64,000 nt of DNA. Origin: Yuukianura sp. NJ FZ-2021. Taxonomy: Eukaryota. Position 1 is the stretch's first letter, and every line of letters begins with the position of its first letter. Positions 57,032 through 64,000 of the stretch are shown in pieces. The notes under the pieces are model-generated. The model saw only the letters and a list, made by a program, of their open reading frames with translations, made no database searches and had not been told where the DNA came from. The translations under genes and the position numbers were made by a program. The DNA lies in the NCBI GenBank assembly GCA_046563655.1, contig CM102290.1, positions 1,550,001-1,614,000 of the forward strand, read 5' to 3'.

Positions 57032-57183
57032 ATAACCGTTGCAGTTCATTAGTGCGAAAACAATAAGCGCGAATTCAGTAAGTTGGCAACAGTGGAACTG
57101 GTTCACTGCTCAAATGTAGGTTCAGTGTTGCCAACATGGAATTCGCACTTATTGTTTTCGCTCTAATGACTTGGAACCCTTAT
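57032..57183. mobile_element. Palindromic MITE (~150 bp)
   Basis: TCATTAGTGCGAAAACAATAAGCGCGAATTC..GTTGGCAACA mirrors TGTTGCCAAC..GAATTCGCACTTATTGTTTTCGCTCTAATGA. Confidence 0.8.
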
Positions 57184-57805
57184 AGTAACTTAGTTGATAT
57201 AATTAATGATTAACTAACAACAGGCAAGTTAATTAAAAAAAAAAACGAAAATTCTGTATTTATTGAGCATAACTATTGTAAAAGGTTAACTGTGGTGGCA
57301 TTAATGTTGTAAAATACTAGAAAGTAAGTTGGAACAGTTAAATGGTATTCATCTACTAATACATTTACTAAGGAACGATGAATTGGAGCTCTGGAACGTT
57401 CAAAAAACGTTTTTGCACATAACGAAACAGGAGTTTAGAAAACGTTTTTGGAGTACCGCAACAACGGATTTTTAGAAAAAAGTTTGTGGAACGTTGTGTG
57501 GAACTTTCAAAAAGGAAACGTAAAATTTTCGTATTTTGTTTGACGTGTTGATGTGTTTTTGGTGTTTTGCTATTTGGACAAAGTAGAGGATGTCCTGGCT
57601 TCATACGTACAAACCAAAATTAAAGATGGCGCCAATTGTTGAATTTAGAAATGTAGTAGTGAAGATGATGAGGAAACGCTTTGTTCAAGAAACGTTTAGA
57701 TGTTACAGACGAGAAGGAAGTTCGATGTTTCGGTTGAACATTGGCTGGACCGTTTCAGTTGAATGTTTCAAATGCCCCTGTTGATTTGCCGCACTTTTTT
57801 TTTGT

Positions 57806-59223
57806 TTAGTTGTGAGTAATCCTGGTATGGATGAGTGTAGTTGGGGGAGTAAATTTAGGCCTAATTGAATACTCTAAATTTTCTTCATAGTATCGCATAC
57901 TAATACTGGCACTTTTTGGAGAATTCGTAGTCGAGTAGGTTGCCGGCTGTTCGTCCGATCCACTGTGAATTTCCAAAAGTGTTAAGTAGTTTATGTTAAC
58001 TTGAAACATAATATATTAATTAACCTTAACTGACCTCTGTGTGTAGATCCATGCAAAGTAGTATGCAAGTGCTAGACAAAGCGAGATGAGCAGCGATCCA
58101 AAGACAACGAGGAATGGACGCATTCCTTTCAACTTGGAGTATGGCGAGCACTGGGCTTCACTTTGGCGGGAACATGACAAGTAGGAACAGCTACTAGATT
58201 CGAGTTCGTCTAAAAGGTCAAAGGTCAACAAATTTTAGTTGAGGTCAATGACCTTTGTCAGCTAAGATCATGTTGGGCGTATTGGTGTATTACCTTGTAT
58301 AGTTCTAAACTCCCGCGCATCCAGAATGGAAATGAGTCCCTGGATACATTCCCAAATGATTTCGGAACATTTGGCTCTCAGTGTTGCAAAGTACTCCTCG
58401 TCACATTCGGATCGAATTTGAAATTCTGGCGGTGTTTTGGTCTGTTGGTCTCCCGGTTTAACTGGAGGGGGGCCTTCGGTAGGGGGTACTTGACCCTTAA
58501 CGTTATTAGTTGACCCTTGACCTACTTTGGCAGAGTCACTTGTAGTAGATTGGACATGAGGAAGGTGGGCCGAAGGACTCCAGACGGACACATCAGTGGA
58601 TGTAAAGTCGTCGTGAGAATTCGGAAGTGTTTTGAGAATGTCGCACCGCATTACATCACAAAAGTTTCCAAGACATACGGAATCGTCGGCCTAAACATCA
58701 AAATGGAAATTTTAAAACAAAATTTTAAATTGCAGTTTAAAAAATCCTAGTTTTTTTCACTTACTTTTCTAATGATATTCGAATGCCTTTTTTCAATATG
58801 TAAGTCTAAATATTTTTCAAGATAAAAACGTTTCCCACACTTCCTGCACTTCCAGTGTGACGAACTCCTTTGTTTCAAAACTTCCCGGACGCCCAGGATG
58901 TCTCTGGACAGGTTCAATGGACATTCAATCGGAAGAGACACACCGTATCGATTGAGTACTGGACTCCAGCTCTATTAAGCAAAAGCAAACATAACCAAAC
59001 TCAAAATACAAACTTGTTTTTGATTTTTGAAATTTTAAGTTTAACTTACTTTTTCTACTAACTTCCTAATTACTGAAGAATTGAGAACATCACACGCAGG
59101 ATTAAAATTTTTGAAGATCTGTGACCAATCAAGTTCACTTCCAGTGAAGAAGAACAGCACGAGACTCACTTCTAGCACGATTACAGTAAAAACGGCGGAA
59201 AATTTAAAATGGGTTTCTGCCAT
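57806..59223 (-). CDS. Uncharacterised membrane protein with a single C2H2-like motif in a Cys-rich region (369 aa, 5 exons)
   Basis: Exons 59223-59050, 58971-58765, 58690-58294, 58209-58035, 57962-57806 join in frame. N-terminal hydrophobic segment, WKCRKCGKRFYLEKYLDLHIEKRH, CLGNFCDVMRCD, further Cys, and a C-terminal TM segment FLVVFGSLLISLCLALAYYFAWIY. Confidence 0.85.
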
Positions 59224-59449
59224 GATGGAATTTATGGTACTTTGGGGTAATCCAGGGCAAGGCAGTGTGTATACAGTGGCTGACTTTTCCTTTTTAGGAT
59301 AGGTTTTGCAAGTGAAAGCCTAGTCGTCACTTTCAATAGGACCCAACTTTCACCTTAGTTTCCCCATTGCAGACACTTTCGCTTCAAGAAGACCCGTTTT
59401 TCGGTGTTTTCCGATTGCAGGGTTCGGCAGTGTCAGTGTTTTTAGGCCG

Positions 59450-60110
59450 GGCAGTGGGAATTTTGAAAAATTTTTGAAAAAATCCATGCACTATAGTCCA
59501 TGGATCTTTTCAAAATTTGACGAAAAACTTGATGTTCGATTTTGGAGTTTTCAAAATTTCTAAAAATTCTTCATGATTTTTAAAAGCCTCTCGTGAAGAG
59601 ATTTAGGTCTATATCGCTTTCCGTTCACGAGATATAAATTTTCAAAATTTTATTTTAATTTTCAAAAAATTTAAAAATTCATATCTCGGGAATGGAAAGA
59701 GATAGAGAGGTAAACTCTTCACTCCTCAATTCACAAAAATATGGAGTATTTTTAGAAATTTTAAAAAGGTACCCTCAGATTTTGACCAAATTTCGAAAAA
59801 ATCCATGGCCTATAGTCCATGGTTTTCTTCAAAATTTGACCAAAATCTTGATGTTCGATTTTGGCGTTTTCAAAATTTCTAAAAATTCTTCATATTTATT
59901 GAAAATTACTCGCGAAGAGATTAGGTCTCTATCACTTTCAGTTCCCGAAATATAAACTAACCTTTTCGAAAATTAAAATAAAATTTTGAAAAAATCTTTT
60001 TGTCAACCTGCCTAGGACAGGTGATTGTTACCTAATATATAACAAAATAAATTAATTCATTAAAAAAATTTTTGAAAATGTATATCTCGAGATTGGAAAG
60101 TGGTTCTCTA
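59450..60110. repeat. AT-rich element with a ~150-bp direct repeat and internal inverted repeats
   Basis: AAAAATCCATG..CTATAGTCCATGG...CTTGATGTTCGATTTTGG.GTTTTCAAAATTTCTAAAAATTCTTCAT occurs at ~59477 and ~59797. GAGATAT/ATATCTC inverted pairs are also present. Confidence 0.7.
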
Positions 60111-60928
60111 TTTTTGTGATTCCAGGGACTCAGGGACTGACTAACCCTGGTCACATGCCACAGTGAAACGGATTGAATCGATATTTTAACTTTATGGACA
60201 AGAGAGGAGAAAGTCCATTTTCCTGAAAGAAATCTTTAGTAGTAGTATACAAAGTTTCTTGGTTACCAAATTACAATTCCTTCCAAAGTTACGAGAATCT
60301 ACAGGGATTTATGCAAAATTAACACAAACTCAAACTTTCTCCAAATGTCTTTTCTTCTATATTTTCATCCCAAAACTTTCAAAAGTAGGAAATCAAAAAA
60401 GTTTTTCTCCCTGGGTTTCTGAAAACACATAGTTCGTAATGGCCCACTAAACAAAAAATTTTCCTGTCTAAAAACTGTAAACTGGGCCATCATGAAATGA
60501 AGAAAAAACTTGGCAGTATTTTTGTTTCCAGTAGTTGTTGCCAACTTGAACTTTTTAGAAAATAAAGAGTAGGAGGAGGAGGAGGGAGTAACTATGTTTT
60601 TATTTTATAATAGAGAAAATTTTCACAAAATAATAAATTCTCCTTATCATAAATCTTTGAAAAAGGGGGTGTGGGCAACAGGAACCTTTTTAGAAAAAGA
60701 CTTTTTTCAAAATGATTTATTTCAAGTCCTAGAATTCTGAAAAAACGTCCTAAATTAAAAAAAAGAAGTAAAAGGAAGTTCTAAAAATCCGAGAGAGTGA
60801 AAGTTGTTCACTTGTAAGAAATTTTTAAAAGATTTTTCAACTTTTAGAAATCCTGTTTTTGTTGTTTGAGTAAAAATGGTTGATAAAATTGTTGACGAAA
60901 ATTCGGATGTGAACTGAATTGTTTGTTT

Positions 60929-61622
60929 TTACATGAAAACATCGGATTCACTACAACAGTGTTGTTTCTTTTCATCTTCAAACGTTACAGTTTTTGATCG
61001 GAGAGTGCGTGTTAGGGTTGACACGGCCTTGTCGGCGTCTAGAGAGGCCAAAGGTCGTGGTCCTTGTGGTTGTTGCGGGTTGTAGGATTGGAGGTCACTA
61101 CTACTGCCATTCACAACGTCAAGACTTGACTGTTGCTGTGGTTGTGGCATGAAGAAGTCCGTTACCATACTTTTTGGCACAAAGTATTCTTCGCCCTACG
61201 ATCAAATCGTGGCGGCCCGCATAAATCGTACCGAGAAAAAAAGAAAATTAAAAGAAAATATTTTGTTTAGTAATTGAATTGGATCATATCCATATCAAAG
61301 TTTCGCTTTTTTTTATAAGTGAAGTAATCTGTTCCGGTATTTTTTTTGAATGGAATATTTTATGTTCACTAAATCATTTTCATGTTTAGAAAATCAACAA
61401 AGTGTAAAAAAAAATTCCAAATCAGTGACACCGAATAAATTAAGACTAATGGGATCCATTTTACAAAAAAACTGAAAACTGTCTTCTTTTTTTTGAAATT
61501 CATAAAACCTTTGAACTCACTGGAGAATTGAAGATGTCGAGTGAGATGTTATGTCCAACGTACTTTTCGTCATGGCCGACATCACCGTTAGGCCCTCCCG
61601 AGTTGTCACCAATGTCAGGGAG
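60929..61622 (-). CDS. In-frame C-terminal extension of the K2P channel beyond the UGA (34 codons plus a spliced 88-aa exon); putative readthrough product of 431 aa
   Basis: Open frame 61622-61521, phase-0 donor CCA|GTGAGT, acceptor CGTAG|GGC at 61195, and exon 61195-60929 GEEYFVPKS...KTVTFEDE...SDVFM*. Confidence 0.7.
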
Positions 61623-62916
61623 TCAGGATATGGGCGGATGATAGCCTCTGCGATTGGCTCTTCTGCGCAGAATCTCATCTTGGACCAAATTGAAAACGGT
61701 GGAGATGAGAGCCATTCCAAGAAGAATGTATATCGAGGAGGCTATCAGAGATATCTAAAAAAAACAATAGGATGGGCTCAGTTTCACGCTTTTCGGATCC
61801 AATTTGAAAGTTAGATGTGATGTTTTTCAGTTTCAATAAAATGTTGGCAGTTTTGAAATTTGGCTTTTCAAAAACAAACTTACGCTCTTAGAATTTGGAT
61901 CCAACATGCCACCAAATCCAATTGTGGCCAGTGATGCAAAACAGAAGAAAATGGCGTCCACAAAGTTCCAACCTTCGAGCCACCAGAAGACAACAGCCCC
62001 ACCACAGAGATACAGAAACAGAAGAGTCAAGGACAACGGAATTGGCACACCACTGGAAACTCTTCGCTAAAATTTCAAAATTCTTTTCAAAAGAGTATTT
62101 TTCAAAAAAAGTAAAATTTCCAAGCTGTTTTTTTAAAATTACAGTAAGTTTGGCGTAGCTGTGGCGCGTAAGTCTTGAAAAAAAGTCTCCGACGGTAGCC
62201 AAGTAGCAAAGGGTGAGAGGGATGCCGACGCATGCGTAAAAAACTGTTAGGATTCGCCCAGGCAGAGACTTTGGACTCACAGTACCATAACCTGAAATTT
62301 CAAAAAAAAAAACAAAAAAAAAAAAACAGTTTTCAAAAAAAAATTTCAAAATTTTACGCTAGAGATCACTTACCTATAGTTGTGATTAAAGTCAAACAGT
62401 AGAGAATCGTTGCAGGAAAACTTGTAAATGAAGTGTCATCACATGGAATGACATTTGGACTGGATTTACGCTGACTCCCGAAGTACTCCGACACGAAAAC
62501 GTATTTCATAATTTCATCTTGAAATTTTTGTAACTCCACTTCCGCTACTTGTGACCAGTTCGACTCATAAAACACATTCAGTTCCACCGTCAGCGTCCTG
62601 AAATTCAGAAATCAGCTAAAACTGAAAACTCAAAATTTATGAAATGAATAATTTTTTTTATTATCAAAAAACTTTACCAGAGGCGCTGAACCGTTGCATT
62701 TCGAAGCAAGTCCAGGTCAATGTCCTCCTGACTCGGTTTGGTTATGGGCTCTTCTTCGACATGATGACTCTCAATAAAGAAAAACGCAACGGCTCCACAA
62801 ACAATATAAACAATCACCATGATACATACTGACAGGATGGACAGGCAACAGTTTCTTGGCGCCTCTGGACCGCCGCCGCGGCTCTTCTGACCACCGTCAG
62901 CTCTTGGCGGGACCAT
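61623..62916 (-). CDS. Two-pore-domain (K2P/TWiK-family) potassium channel, 308 aa to first stop (5 exons)
   Basis: Exons 62916-62678, 62597-62374, 62291-62143, 62066-61884, 61754-61623. TM1 YIVCGAVAFFFIES, cap LRNATVQRLWTLTVELNVFYESNW, P1 LITTIGYG, TM2 YACVGIPLTLCYL, P2 FASLATIGFGG, TM4 YILLGMALISTVFNLVQDE. Confidence 0.9.
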
Positions 62917-63677
62917 TTGAATTAGTTGACCTCTACCTTGTTTCAGTTCCCCCTAACTCCTGACCTCTGCTGTCACCCATAACCTTAACTTTCTCCAACA
63001 CTAACCCTAATGTTTCTAAATGTTACACCTTGCCCAAGATCCACTTCCTTCTTTTCTAAAGTATGTCTTTGGAGTACACAAAAAGGCAGGAGAAAATCGA
63101 CAGGCTGTGGGATGAAATGCGCTACGCACTGCTTTTCCCATGAAAATCGATTTGGAGTCTGCTGCTGGGGTACTTTTGGCCAAATTAAAAAGAAAGTGAA
63201 GAGAAAGGACACTTAATCCTTCACTTTCCGCGTCCGCAGCTTCCAAGCACAAGAGTGAAAGTGAAAACAGCCTCTCCTCTGAGCACAAATATTTTCAAGC
63301 CGAGATTCCCATGAGCAAGAATAGGCAAAAAAGATATGAACTGGAGACGTCTAAATCCACAAACTGACCAGGGTTACACAATTCCCGGGCTTTTTTGAAT
63401 TATTTTTTGTCTTTTCTTGGCCAAATTCTTTCTTCTTTCTTCCTTCCCAATTTTGGGTATGGGTTTAAAAAATTTCAGTTTTTTGGACTTTAGCTTTCCA
63501 TTTTTTGTAAAGAGTAATATTTCCTAATACTTGGAAACTAGTTTGAGGATGAGCAATTTATTAATGTTAGACTTACGTTAATATCATATCCTTGGACAGG
63601 GCCTTTGGTCTTAACATTTAGAAACACACTGGGTGGATATGACTTACTTTAAGTAATGTTAGTGTTAAGGGCCCCCT

Positions 63678-63900
63678 TCACCTGACCCCTTCCTCCTTGA
63701 GTATTCCTATTCTAGAGGCAATTCGTTTAACAGAGGCAATGACTTCTTGTTGACCGAGATTGAAGCACATGGCAATGAGAGCCATTCCGAGGAGCAGGTA
63801 CACGGAACAGAAAATGAAGGGAACCTGGATAGCATCTCGTAAGTTACTCACATCCACCGAGGTTCCTGGAACCAAGTCACCGAATCCAATCGTACTCAAA
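63678..63900 (-). CDS. 3' exon of a second K2P/TWiK-family potassium channel (remainder outside window)
   Basis: Acceptor TTTTGTAG| at 63901. LSTIGFGDLVPG (P2) and CSVYLLLGMALIAMCFNLGQQEV (TM4). Confidence 0.9.
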
Positions 63901-64000
63901 CTACAAAACACCAAAACCAATATTCATAAATTCAAATTCATGTCAACACTTTATCTCTAAACGAGAAACAGAAGCCATGGACACTTTCCGGTTCCATGCC

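Overview
Compact, AT-rich, intron-containing animal DNA, most consistent with an arthropod (most introns ~55-110 nt; the species cannot be determined). The first ~20 kb has no recognisable host gene. It holds MITEs, a ~700-bp foldback, minisatellites, a heavily decayed piggyBac-like transposase and a possible spliced orphan ORF. From ~21 kb onward I reconstructed exon by exon: aph-1 (-), SGTA (-), Derlin-2 (+), an LC3-type Atg8 (+), nuclear receptor HR78/TR2-TR4 (-), serotonin transporter SerT (-), p70 S6 kinase (-), a membrane-anchored single-C2H2 cysteine-rich protein (-), and two tandem two-pore (K2P/TWiK) potassium channels (-, the second cut by the window edge). A very homogeneous 176-bp satellite lies upstream of aph-1. 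The most striking observation is in the first K2P gene: it stops at UGA-C, but the frame stays open for 34 codons and splices in phase into a further 88-aa exon, a strong stop-codon readthrough candidate. Also notable are a possible dicistronic or long-uORF leader on HR78 and a GC-AG intron in aph-1. All gene models are manual readings without RNA or database support.
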